From positions 8,408 through 72,407 of the forward strand of contig JBGOWI010000003.1 of assembly GCA_041478555.1 (NCBI GenBank): a stretch of DNA of 64,000 nucleotides, in the 5' to 3' direction. This stretch comes from Phycisphaerae bacterium. GTDB lineage: Bacteria; Planctomycetota; Phycisphaerae; Sedimentisphaerales; UBA12454. A model generated the notes under the pieces. That model was not told where the DNA came from and did not search any database. It saw only the letters and a list, made by a program, of their open reading frames with translations. The stretch's first letter is position 1; each line of letters opens with the position of its first letter. A program made the translations under genes and the position numbers. Of the stretch, positions 1 through 9,032 are shown in pieces.

Positions 1-644
1 AGGTTTACCTTATTGACGAACCGATGGCTGCCGGCATCGGAGCAGGACTGCCGATTACCGAGCCGACCGCCTCTATGATTGTCGATATCGGTGGCGGCAC
101 CACCGAGGTTGCGATAATGAGCCTTGCCGATATAAGCACCTGCGAATCCATACGCATGGGCGGCGACGATATGGACGAGGGAATAATCAATCATCTCAAG
201 CGCACGTACAATCTCCTTATCGGTGAGCCCAGGGCGGAGCAGGTTAAAATTCAGCTCGGCTCCGCTGCTCCGCTTGAGCAGGAGCTTACGATGGAAATAG
301 CCGGCAGAGATACCATATCAGGACTGCCGAGAAAGATTGTTATAACCAGCGAAGAAATCCGCGAAGCCCTCAAAGAGTCCATCAGCGGCATTATCGAGGC
401 GGTTACAAGAACGCTCGAAAAGGCCGAGCCTGAACTTGCGGCGGACCTCATTGACAATGGAATGCATATTTGCGGAGGCGGTTCCCTGCTTCGAGGAATA
501 GATAAAACTCTTGCAAATGCAACGGGACTGACCGTAAAAAGAGTCGATGAACCCATGACGTGCGTTGCAAGAGGAACGAGCGTATATCTCGAGAACCTCG
601 AACTGTGGAAAGACACGATGGACCACAACGGCTACGGATGGTAA
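1..644 (+). CDS. mreB: Rod shape-determining protein MreB (5' end outside window; frame starts at nt 3)
   Basis: Translation VYLIDEPMAAGIGAGLPITEPTASMIVDIGGGTTEVAIMSL... carries the actin-fold MreB motifs. It is followed by mreC, mreD and mrdA. Confidence 0.92.
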   Translation, partial: VYLIDEPMAAGIGAGLPITEPTASMIVDIGGGTTEVAIMSLADISTCESIRMGGDDMDEGIINHLKRTYNLLIGEPRAEQVKIQLGSAAPLEQELTMEIAGRDTISGLPRKIVITSEEIREALKESISGIIEAVTRTLEKAEPELAADLIDNGMHICGGGSLLRGIDKTLANATGLTVKRVDEPMTCVARGTSVYLENLELWKDTMDHNGYGW

Positions 645-649
645 TAGAA

Positions 650-677
650 CTCAAACCGACCGGTTGGCCGGTTTGAG
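650..677 (+). terminator. 9-bp GC-rich hairpin after mreB (ctcaaaccg / cggtttgag) with no T-run; possible attenuator or terminator
   Basis: Inverted repeat 650-658 / 669-677 with a 10-nt loop, read directly from the sequence. Confidence 0.3.
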
Positions 678-756
678 AATTCAAAAATCAAAAATCAAAA
701 ATCAAAATTTAAAATTTTGGAGTCCGCCTACGGCGGATAACTGTTTCTATGAGCCG

Positions 757-1563
757 ATGGCACGGGTGCGATTCAAACCATCAAAACTTACACTTTTCGT
801 TAGTTTCCTTTTAACGGGTCTTATCCTGCTGCTTATTCCGCAGAATGTAACCTCCAGACTGAATTTTGCATTCATTGACATTTTCAGCTTCTTTCTGAAT
901 ATTGGCTCTTCGGCAGCTTATTATCAGAACCCTGAAAATAATTCGCCTTTCTCTGTATCCCGGCACGAATATAACAGACTGTGGGTTACTTACTCGAATC
1001 TGCAGGCGAAAGTTTTTGAACAGAAAAGACAAATCGACCAGCTCGGCCGGGTCAGAATGACTGAGCCGGACCCGGCTACGGGCCTTGTGCTGGCAAATAT
1101 TGTCAATCGCAGAAAAAATGAATTTATCATAAATCGCGGCAGCGCAGACAATCTCAAGAAGGGACAATACGTGCTCGGAGATAACGCCGTTATCGGCTGT
1201 ATTGAGCAGGTGTCAGCGGATATATCGAGTGTTAAACTGATTACAAGTTCCGCATGCAAACTGCATGTCAAGATATCTGCACCGGATGTTAATTCTTATT
1301 TCAACGGCACAATACAGGGCGATGACAAAGACGGAGCAAAAATCCTCAATGTCCCGAAAAAATACAAAATAAAGGATGGTTTCTATGTTTATGCCGCACC
1401 AAAGCCCGGCATTCTGCAAAGCCCGCGGATTATCGGCAGGATATCCAGATGCGTCGTCGATGAAACTAACCCTGTTCTGTGGGATATAAGTGTTAAGCCT
1501 GCTTACGAATCTGATGATATAGCAGATGTGGCGGTAATTGTTATCAAAACTGAGCCGGACTGA
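757..1563 (+). CDS. mreC: Rod shape-determining protein MreC
   Basis: The ORF track gives 565..1563. An internal ATG at 757 yields MARVRFKPSKLTLFVSFLLTGLILLLI (N-terminal TM), a coiled-coil segment and a beta-rich C-terminus. It sits between mreB and mreD. Confidence 0.8.
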   Translation: MARVRFKPSKLTLFVSFLLTGLILLLIPQNVTSRLNFAFIDIFSFFLNIGSSAAYYQNPENNSPFSVSRHEYNRLWVTYSNLQAKVFEQKRQIDQLGRVRMTEPDPATGLVLANIVNRRKNEFIINRGSADNLKKGQYVLGDNAVIGCIEQVSADISSVKLITSSACKLHVKISAPDVNSYFNGTIQGDDKDGAKILNVPKKYKIKDGFYVYAAPKPGILQSPRIIGRISRCVVDETNPVLWDISVKPAYESDDIADVAVIVIKTEPD

Positions 1564-1567
1564 TTTA

Positions 1568-2089
1568 ATGAGATGGTGGAGATTTACATTCCTGATAATA
1601 CTCGTTGCCGTCCTGCAGACAAGCGCAGCGATGAATTTGCTATCGCTGACGGATTTACGAATCAAGCCCGATATTCTTTTGATACTGCTTGTTTACTTTG
1701 CTGTCTACTGTGACAGCTATGATGCAGTTATAATTTCGTTTGCCCTCGGTTTTGCAGCAGATATTACAGGAGCGGTTATGGGACCGCACTTTATAAGCTA
1801 TGGTATTATCGGCACGGCGGTGGCTCATATCAGAAAAATAATCCTTCTGAAAACCACCCGCCAGCAGGCGCTGACTATTTTCATAACGGGAATTTTAACT
1901 GAAGCGGTTGCTTTGGTGCTTGCAGGCTTAAAAGCCCCCGGACTGGCAAAAACAGGAGTGTTTGAAGTAGTTGCGGTCGCGACATATTCAGCGATTCTGT
2001 GGTTCCTGATAAAATGGCTCGTCGGCGCAGCAGGAAAATGGCTGGGCGTAGGCGTTCATCGGTTCGGAACAAGAATCGACGAACGATAG
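1568..2089 (+). CDS. mreD: Rod shape-determining protein MreD (alternative TTG start at 1538)
   Basis: Small polytopic membrane protein in the mreBCD position. The ATG at 1568 lies 5 nt after the mreC stop. Confidence 0.7.
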   Translation: MRWWRFTFLIILVAVLQTSAAMNLLSLTDLRIKPDILLILLVYFAVYCDSYDAVIISFALGFAADITGAVMGPHFISYGIIGTAVAHIRKIILLKTTRQQALTIFITGILTEAVALVLAGLKAPGLAKTGVFEVVAVATYSAILWFLIKWLVGAAGKWLGVGVHRFGTRIDER

Positions 2090-2096
2090 TGGAACA

Positions 2097-4157
2097 ATGC
2101 ATGACAAAAGATTAAAGATATTTGCGTTATTCTGTGTTTTTTTTGCAGCGGTGTGCATCGCACGGCTTGCATATATTCAGCTCAATCCTCATTCGGCATG
2201 GCAGAGCCAGCTTGAGAAAATCGGCGCCCCGCCAAGCAAAGAGCTGCCGGCACTTCGGGGCAAAATCCTCGACAGAAACGGTAAAGTCCTTGCGACAGAT
2301 GAAGCAAAATTTGCCCTGTGCATAGATTATCAATTCGCAAGACTGGCTGACGAAAGATTCTGGAAGGTACAGCTGCTGCGGAGTCTGGCCGGCTCAGATG
2401 CGGAAAATGCGAGTGAGAAAATACGTGAAAAGTTTGCTGATGATTTTAATACGTTAAATGAGATTATCCATAAATGTGCACAGTTCAGAAATCTTGCCGT
2501 TGAGCAGGTTAAGGCACAGATTAACCAGCAGATAAACGAGCCGATATGGCAGCTGCGGTATTATCTTGCCTGGAAGCGAAAATACCCCCAGCAGGAGTTT
2601 GAGACGGCAGTGCCTGATGCTAATGACAGACTTCTGCTTGCGGCAGAAGTCGACGTGGCGGAAATGCATCAGTCTCAGGAGCTGTTCAAGCTTGAAAACG
2701 ATGATGAAGTTTTTGCGGCTCAGCTTAAATTCCTCGAAACGAGCGGCGTTGAAATCCGGCCTCGAGCGGAAAGGTATTACCCGTTTAAAAGTTCGGCATC
2801 GCAGCTTATCGGCTGGGTCAGGCCGGCAGGTCCCGCCGACAATCAGGACTTTAGCGAGGATGAACTTGAAAGATATATGCACGGCGAGACTATCGGCTTT
2901 TGCGGAGTTGAATATGTCTGTGAGCCGCATCTTAGAGGTAGGCGGGGCAAAATTGTGTATAACATCGACAGAGAAATTGTCAGCGCTACAGAAACGCAGT
3001 TTGGCGGCGATGTAAAACTGACCATCGATATTGACCTCCAGAGAAAAATAGAAAATCTGCTCAAAAACAGAAATCTTAACCCCAACTTTGGCAGTCCTGC
3101 GGCAGTGGTGGTTATTGATGTAAACTCAACCGATATACTTGCGTCTGTGTCCCTGCCGGACTTTGATTTGAACATGGCAAGATGGGAATATTCAAAACTC
3201 CTTGCCGATGCGAATATGCCTGTTGTTAATCGTGTCATCGAAAAACACTATCCGCCCGGCTCGGCTGCGAAACCTGTGATTCTTGCAGCGGGTCTGGCAG
3301 AGAATAAAATCAGCAGCGACCAGATAATCTCCTGCCCTTCACATGCGCCGCCGGCAGGCTGGCCGAGCTGCTGGATTGTAAAAAGCCTCGGCTACGGACA
3401 CGATGAGCAATGGGCCTATGAAGGCGGCAACAAGGCAAGAAATGCATTAAGGGGAAGCTGTAATATTTACTTTTCCCAGCTTGCGGCCAGAATTCCGCCT
3501 GAAAATCTTCAAAAATGGCTGTATAACTTCGGCTTTGGCAAAAGTGCATTAGATATAACAGAACCCAACATAGTGAAGTCTTACCGAAATTGTCCCGTGC
3601 GGAGTTTCAGACAGGTTTCGGGCATTATCTCGAGCAGTGTGCCGCAGACGGATAATTTGCCTTTTGAACAATTGCCGGGTATTGACCCTGCCGAAAGAAG
3701 ATTCTTCGGCATAGGCCAGGGCAACTTTAGGGCGACGGTTCTGCAGGTTGCAAATGCATTTGCAGCTCTCGCAAGGGGAGGAGTTTTTAAAGATGCAAAA
3801 ATTATTGTCTCGCAGCCGGCCGATGAAGGTTACAAGCTCGGCTTGAGTGAAAATGCCCTTTCTACGATTTATGAAGGAACGCACGCTGTTGTCAGTGAAC
3901 AGGGCGGCACCGCATACAAGCAGTTTGCCGACAGCGGTTTTGAAGAAAAAGGCATAAAAGTATTCGGCAAGACAGGTTCAACTGAACAGCCTTGTAATGC
4001 GTGGTTTGCGGGTTTTGCAAAAGACAGCCTCGGTAAATCGATTGCTCTTGCAGTGCTAATTGAAGGCGGCCGGCACGGCTCAAGTGATGCCGGCCCGATT
4101 GCCAGAGACATTGTCAGTTTCTGCATCGAAACAGGTTACCTCGGTCAGAATAGATGA
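2097..4157 (+). CDS. mrdA: Penicillin-binding protein 2 (elongasome class B transpeptidase)
   Basis: 686 aa with an N-terminal TM, a PBP dimerisation region and a transpeptidase domain. Motifs seen: PPGSAAKP (SxxK) and KTGS (KTG). It follows mreBCD. Confidence 0.85.
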   Translation: MHDKRLKIFALFCVFFAAVCIARLAYIQLNPHSAWQSQLEKIGAPPSKELPALRGKILDRNGKVLATDEAKFALCIDYQFARLADERFWKVQLLRSLAGSDAENASEKIREKFADDFNTLNEIIHKCAQFRNLAVEQVKAQINQQINEPIWQLRYYLAWKRKYPQQEFETAVPDANDRLLLAAEVDVAEMHQSQELFKLENDDEVFAAQLKFLETSGVEIRPRAERYYPFKSSASQLIGWVRPAGPADNQDFSEDELERYMHGETIGFCGVEYVCEPHLRGRRGKIVYNIDREIVSATETQFGGDVKLTIDIDLQRKIENLLKNRNLNPNFGSPAAVVVIDVNSTDILASVSLPDFDLNMARWEYSKLLADANMPVVNRVIEKHYPPGSAAKPVILAAGLAENKISSDQIISCPSHAPPAGWPSCWIVKSLGYGHDEQWAYEGGNKARNALRGSCNIYFSQLAARIPPENLQKWLYNFGFGKSALDITEPNIVKSYRNCPVRSFRQVSGIISSSVPQTDNLPFEQLPGIDPAERRFFGIGQGNFRATVLQVANAFAALARGGVFKDAKIIVSQPADEGYKLGLSENALSTIYEGTHAVVSEQGGTAYKQFADSGFEEKGIKVFGKTGSTEQPCNAWFAGFAKDSLGKSIALAVLIEGGRHGSSDAGPIARDIVSFCIETGYLGQNR

Positions 4158-4205
4158 GCAGAAATTACGAAGATTTGGTTGTTTGTATTGTTTGAAATTT
4201 GGAAT

Positions 4206-5894
4206 TTATATTTTGAGGTATGTCAAAGTCTTTTCGAGGATTTCTTTGACGACTGGTGCTGCGACTGACCCGCCAGTATAACCTTTGCCCAGTCTTTTGT
4301 TTGGCTTTCTGATAGAGACCAGAACAACGACGGCAGGCTTATCTACCGGAACGCCGCCGATGAATGATGCAACGTAATTTTCCTCATCGTAGCTGCCGTC
4401 AGTTTGGTTTGCGATATTGGCGGTGCCGGTCTTGCCCCAGACCTGCCATTTTTCCAGCGCAGCACTTTTGCCGGTACCGTTCCTGACAACCTCGACCATT
4501 GCCTTTCTGACCATCCACTGCGCCGTTTTGCTGCTGACGACAAAACCGCCGGTCTGTGCCGGTTCCGTAATTTTGAGCTTTTTGCCGGCATCGGAGACGA
4601 CAGCCTTTACGAGATAAGGCTTTATTACTCTGCCGTCATTGGCAAGAACGCAGTAAGCGAATGCTATCTGCATGGCCGTTACCGAAACCTCATGGCCGAA
4701 TGGCACTCTCGCAACGCTGTAGCCTGTCCACTTGTTAAGATTCCATACAACTCCCGGCTCTTCGCCGGGCAGGTCGATGCCCGTCTTTCGCCCGAAGCCG
4801 AAGAGCCTTATGCCTTCGTAAATCTTTGCAGCCCCCATCTTCTGACCGATTTTTGCCATCCCGATATTGCTCGAATGAGCAAGGATTTCACTGATTGTAA
4901 GATTTCCAAACCCTTCACGATATTCGCCGATTGCACCAAAACCTTTGCCGCTGTAATGGCCGTTCTCGCAGAAAATTGTCTCCTCCGGGTCGATTGAACC
5001 TGTTTCAATTGCCCAGGCAGCGACGACCGGCTTAAAGATGCTGCCCGGCTCATAAGGGTCGCTCAGCACATGATTGCCGAGACTTTTTGCATCCGCATCT
5101 TTTAAGTCTGTCGGATTAAAGTCAGGCAGAGAAACCATCGAAAGGACCGCACCGCTGCACGGGTCCATAACAAGAGCAACCGCAGATTCAGCCTGAAAGG
5201 CTTTAAATTGCTTCAAAAGGGCACAATGTGTGAATTCCTGAATTGTCGAATCAATTGTCGTAATTATATCTGAGCCGTCCTGTGCGAAAGACTCGCACTG
5301 GCCCAGGCGGACAGGTCTTCTTGCAGCGTCGGCAAAAAAAGTGCTCCGGCCTTCAGAGCCGCTCAGAACCTCGTCGTATTTCAATTCCAGCCCCGCAAGA
5401 CCTTGCTGGTCTGTGCCGACAAAACCTATCACGACGGCGGCGGCAGAGCCGAGAGGGTAAAATCTTTTCCATCTGCTTTCAATGCCGATACCGTTCAGCT
5501 TGAGTATCTGTTTTCTCTGCTGGTCGCTGAGTTTTGCATCGGTAACTATAGGCGCATATCCCTGATTACGGGCGGTGAGAATCAGCTTGGAGATTTCGAC
5601 AGGACCGATACCGGTAATGGCCGACAGACTCTCGGCGGTCTTTTTCAGCTCGCCGATTGCACGGGGTTCGGCAAATACGGTATCGATTTTATAGCTTGCT
5701 GCAAGGATTCTGCCTCGACAGTCAAGTATGGCCCCTCTGCGCGGCCTTTCAAGGAAGCTGGATTTCTGAGCCTTTACCGAGGCCTGATAGTAATAATCAG
5801 TCTTGAAATACTGGAGGTAAAAACAGCGGGCTGCCGTCCCCAGAAAACCTGCCGCGATAATTAAAAGCAATGATAAAGCAAATTTGTTTCGCAT
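4206..5894 (-). CDS. ftsI: Peptidoglycan D,D-transpeptidase FtsI (PBP3-like class B PBP)
   Basis: 562 aa with an N-terminal TM and motifs EPGSIFKP (SxxK), HSSN (SxN) and KTGT (KTG). It is the last gene of the mraZ-rsmH-ftsL cluster. Confidence 0.82.
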   Translation of the reverse strand: MRNKFALSLLLIIAAGFLGTAARCFYLQYFKTDYYYQASVKAQKSSFLERPRRGAILDCRGRILAASYKIDTVFAEPRAIGELKKTAESLSAITGIGPVEISKLILTARNQGYAPIVTDAKLSDQQRKQILKLNGIGIESRWKRFYPLGSAAAVVIGFVGTDQQGLAGLELKYDEVLSGSEGRSTFFADAARRPVRLGQCESFAQDGSDIITTIDSTIQEFTHCALLKQFKAFQAESAVALVMDPCSGAVLSMVSLPDFNPTDLKDADAKSLGNHVLSDPYEPGSIFKPVVAAWAIETGSIDPEETIFCENGHYSGKGFGAIGEYREGFGNLTISEILAHSSNIGMAKIGQKMGAAKIYEGIRLFGFGRKTGIDLPGEEPGVVWNLNKWTGYSVARVPFGHEVSVTAMQIAFAYCVLANDGRVIKPYLVKAVVSDAGKKLKITEPAQTGGFVVSSKTAQWMVRKAMVEVVRNGTGKSAALEKWQVWGKTGTANIANQTDGSYDEENYVASFIGGVPVDKPAVVVLVSIRKPNKRLGKGYTGGSVAAPVVKEILEKTLTYLKI

Positions 5895-5899
5895 ATATA

Positions 5900-6145
5900 T
5901 TAGTCCGAACGAAGTCGGTCTGTTGTTTTAATTTTATTTTTAAGAGCTTCGGAAACGGAAGCAGGATTGATGAGAAATTCAAGCTGCAGTTGTTGTTGCC
6001 AGAGCTGCTGTTTGAGTCTTGTCTGTCTTGCCTGGCAGGTGCGAAATCTGTAAAAGGCACAATTCTGGCTCCTGCGAAGGTAAATCGCCGCCAGAAAAAC
6101 AAAAGACAGGACAAGAACTATAAAAATGTAGCGAAAAGCAGTCAA
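5900..6145 (-). CDS. Putative FtsL-like cell-division protein (TTG start)
   Basis: 81 aa with one TM (YIFIVLVLSFVFLAAIYL) followed by a Q/L-rich heptad-like segment. Positioned directly upstream of ftsI, as ftsL is in dcw clusters. Confidence 0.45.
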   Translation of the reverse strand: MTAFRYIFIVLVLSFVFLAAIYLRRSQNCAFYRFRTCQARQTRLKQQLWQQQLQLEFLINPASVSEALKNKIKTTDRLRSD

Positions 6146-6158
6146 GACTATTGAATAA

Positions 6159-6971
6159 TTAACGTGCCGGGAGTTTTAATTTCATACCGACAACGAGAGT
6201 ATCGGCGTCGGTAATCACGGATTTATTTAACTGGATAATTTCATCGTATCTATTGCCATTGCCGAGATATTCGGCGGCTATCTGCCAGAGACTGTCGGAT
6301 TCCTTTACAACGTATTGTCTGAACTGCTCGTTGGACGGTTGAGGGGTTTGGGGAGATGTAATTTTTGAAACCTTTTCAAAAAGGCCCGTTTTCAAAAGTG
6401 CATTTGTCTGATTTTCAAGCGGAGGTATAACCAGTTTTTGTCCGACCTGAATCTGGTCGATTGATTCGAGCTTGTCCTTGTTCGCATTATAAATTTTTTC
6501 AATGGAGGCAAGTTTGTTGCCGTTTTCGGGTCCGTATAATTTCTTTGCGATTTCCGCCAGACTGTCTCCCGGGCAGACAACATAGACCGTTGATGATTGC
6601 TGTTCTGCGGCGGGCTTTATTTCGACAAGTTCTTTTTGCACAGTTTCATTGCTGGTCGTATTTTCTTTTACAGCCTCTTCGGCAGCAGGCAGAATACCCT
6701 GATGGTGAATTTCAGCAGATGTGCTGTTCTGGTCGACTTTCGGAGTTTCTGTTACTACGGTTATGACCGGTTTGTGGCTCAGGGCAGGGGCGATGTTTCT
6801 GCTGGGTCCGACAAGAGCCGGCTGCTGCTCTTTGTAATGGCTTACATAGCCGACAGTGTCCGGAGCCTTGTTGTTTTTACTTAAAAAATCGGGCAGGCCG
6901 TTAATTACAAATGTTATAGCCACAATAAAGATAAGTGCTAAAAGTAATCCAATCTTTGCATCAGTTGTCAT
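6159..6971 (-). CDS. Membrane-anchored protein with two LysM domains
   Basis: N-terminal TM (IGLLLALIFIVAITFVI). Two LysM-like units: YVVCPGDSLAEIAKKLYG...QVGQKLVIP and YVVKESDSLWQIAAEYLG...VVGMKLKLP. Confidence 0.8.
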   Translation of the reverse strand: MTTDAKIGLLLALIFIVAITFVINGLPDFLSKNNKAPDTVGYVSHYKEQQPALVGPSRNIAPALSHKPVITVVTETPKVDQNSTSAEIHHQGILPAAEEAVKENTTSNETVQKELVEIKPAAEQQSSTVYVVCPGDSLAEIAKKLYGPENGNKLASIEKIYNANKDKLESIDQIQVGQKLVIPPLENQTNALLKTGLFEKVSKITSPQTPQPSNEQFRQYVVKESDSLWQIAAEYLGNGNRYDEIIQLNKSVITDADTLVVGMKLKLPAR

Positions 6972-6992
6972 TGACGAAACTCCTTTTTCTTT

Positions 6993-7895
6993 CTATAACT
7001 TGACAGCCATTCTTAACTTTGCACTTCTTGAACGCGGATTTTCGCGCCGCTCGCCAATCGAAGCGGTTACCGGTTTCTTTGTAGCTATCTCATAAATGCC
7101 GGCCGCTTTGTTTTGTCTGAAATTTGTTTTTACGATTCTGTCCTCAAGACTATGAAAACTGATAACCGCGATTTTTCCATTCTCTTTTAACAGATTTGGC
7201 GCTGCCGCCAGAAATTTTTCAAGATTTTTAAGTTCGGAATTTACAGCAATTCTCAGTGCCTGAAAGGTTTTCGTAGCCGGATGAATCCTGCTCTTTCGCG
7301 ATTTCGGACTGCATTTCAGGGCCCGGCATATGATGTTCACAAGTTCCGCAGTTGAGTCGATTTTCTTCTTCCCTCTGGCCTGAATAATGGAACGGGCAAT
7401 CTTCCTTGACGCCCGTTCCTGTCCCAAATTGTATATCAGGTCAGCCAATCCCTTTTCGTCCATGCTGTTGACTATATCAGCGGCTGAATACTCAAGTCTG
7501 TCATCCAGCCGCATATCGAGCTTCATATCTTGGTCAAAGCTGAGGCCTTTGCTCTCATCTGCAAGCTGAACGGAACAAACGCCGAGGTCTGCAAAAATCA
7601 AGTCAGCCTTTTCAATTCCGTTCTGCTTCAGGACTTCCGCAATGTTTGCAAAATTTTCGCGGACAAGCAGTACCTTACACGGCAAAAGAGCCAAATTCTG
7701 CCGGGCAATCGCCAGACAATTGTTGTCAATGTCAAGGCCGAGCAGGACGGCATCTTTGCCGAGAGATTTTGCAAGAATTTTGCTGTGTCCGCCGCACCCT
7801 ATTGTGGCGTCGACAACAACGGCATTTTCTTTTAGGCTTATTCCGGCAGCAAATTCAGCAAGCACAGGTGTATGTTCTGCCGGCATATTATTCAC
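6993..7895 (-). CDS. rsmH: 16S rRNA (cytosine1402-N4)-methyltransferase RsmH (MraW)
   Basis: HTPVL...DATIGCGGHS...FHSLEDRIVK...NPRSRSAKLR are canonical RsmH motifs. The gene sits in dcw context. Confidence 0.94.
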   Translation of the reverse strand: MNNMPAEHTPVLAEFAAGISLKENAVVVDATIGCGGHSKILAKSLGKDAVLLGLDIDNNCLAIARQNLALLPCKVLLVRENFANIAEVLKQNGIEKADLIFADLGVCSVQLADESKGLSFDQDMKLDMRLDDRLEYSAADIVNSMDEKGLADLIYNLGQERASRKIARSIIQARGKKKIDSTAELVNIICRALKCSPKSRKSRIHPATKTFQALRIAVNSELKNLEKFLAAAPNLLKENGKIAVISFHSLEDRIVKTNFRQNKAAGIYEIATKKPVTASIGERRENPRSRSAKLRMAVKL

Positions 7896-7939
7896 TTTTA
7901 AACATCCATAATAATTAACAGCTTAAATAATTATGCCGG

Positions 7940-8149
7940 TTAACTGACAGCGAGTTTCATCTCCTGTTCGACAAGAGCCTGCACGTAAGGTGAGAACTCG
8001 ACGTCGATAAGTGTGCGGTGCAGCTTGCGGACGTTCTCGAGTCTTTCTGCAAGGATGTTTATCGATGCGAAGGTCTGCTCGTCGGTGGTTCTGCCGCCTG
8101 TGAGACTATCACGCACAATTTCAAAGTGGTCCGGTTCGATTGTTTGCAT
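7940..8149 (-). CDS. Hypothetical 69-aa protein between mraZ and rsmH
   Basis: ATG at 8149 has an AAGGAG Shine-Dalgarno 7 nt upstream and lies 11 nt after the mraZ stop. I recognise no family. Confidence 0.5.
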   Translation of the reverse strand: MQTIEPDHFEIVRDSLTGGRTTDEQTFASINILAERLENVRKLHRTLIDVEFSPYVQALVEQEMKLAVS

Positions 8150-8160
8150 AAGCCTTCTCC

Positions 8161-8634
8161 TTAGAGTTCTTTACTTTGTTTTTGCAAAACTGCCTGTCTT
8201 GCCTGCATTGTCTGCTGCTGGAACTGGCGAAAATGGTCTGAAAAATATTTGTCCCAGTCTTCGGTGTTCCACAGTTCAATATGGTCGCGGATGCCTATAA
8301 GCGTCAGGTTGTTCTGCAGGTTCGCTCGTTTTCTGATTTTTTCAGTTATTAATAATCTGCCCTGCCGATCCAGCTCGACCTTGCTGGCCAGAGCGAAACT
8401 CATTCGCTCAAAGACTACTGCCTCATCGGGGGCCACCGTCCCTGGCGACTCGGCAAGGGCAATCTGTCGAAAATATTTTTCAGGATAAAGACACAATATC
8501 CCGTTGGGGCCGAGGGTCAGGTAGAAGCTGCTGCCGTGCTCGTCGCAGTCTATCTGACTGCGGAGCTTGTTGGAGATGAAAACTCTGCCTTTTTCATCAA
8601 CTGTGCCTTCGTATTCTCCTGTTAATAAAAGCAT
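8161..8634 (-). CDS. mraZ: Transcriptional regulator MraZ
   Basis: 157 aa beginning MLLLTGEYEGTVDEKGRVFISNKLR, with the duplicated SpoVT/AbrB-like MraZ fold pattern. It is the first gene of the dcw cluster. Confidence 0.9.
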   Translation of the reverse strand: MLLLTGEYEGTVDEKGRVFISNKLRSQIDCDEHGSSFYLTLGPNGILCLYPEKYFRQIALAESPGTVAPDEAVVFERMSFALASKVELDRQGRLLITEKIRKRANLQNNLTLIGIRDHIELWNTEDWDKYFSDHFRQFQQQTMQARQAVLQKQSKEL

Positions 8635-8664
8635 GGATGTTATTCCACTTCATTGAATAATTCG

Positions 8665-8699
8665 TCCCAACTATTACCACTTTCTCCCACCTCAGTCAA
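8665..8699 (-). promoter_or_regulatory. Putative mraZ promoter/operator: three direct GTGGG/GTGGT/TGGGA boxes at about 10-bp spacing, next to a TTGACT hexamer
   Basis: Minus-strand boxes lie at 8690-8686, 8680-8676 and 8669-8665, with TTGACT at 8699-8694. E. coli MraZ is known to bind repeated TGGGN boxes at 10-bp phasing upstream of its own gene. Confidence 0.3.
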
Positions 8700-8814
8700 C
8701 AGACAAAAACAAATTTTTCAAAAAAATGTAAAAATTTTGTTATAGGACCTGGAGAATATCGACCCCATAAAGTTTCTTTATTTTGCCTATGTTATCAACG
8801 AGACTTATTTAAAA

Positions 8815-8885
8815 AGCGGGCGATGAGAATCGAACTCACATAGCCAGCTTGGAAGGCTGGGGCTTTACCATTAAGCTACGCCCGC
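8815..8885 (-). tRNA. tRNA-Gly (anticodon UCC)
   Basis: The reverse complement GCGGGCGTAGCTTAATGGTAAAGCCCCAGCCTTCCAAGCTGGCTATGTGAGTTCGATTCTCATCGCCCGC folds as a cloverleaf. The anticodon loop is CTTCCAA. Confidence 0.9.
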
Positions 8886-9032
8886 TTTTATAGTTACGAG
8901 TTTAGCCTCAGGATTAAATTTGTCAAATATAAAGACTTTTCATCGCCAACTGCAAAATCATTGTTTAATTACAGAAGGCTTGTTAAAATACCTTTTTTAA
9001 ATTGGCTATTGTGGTAAAACAGGGTTTAAGAT

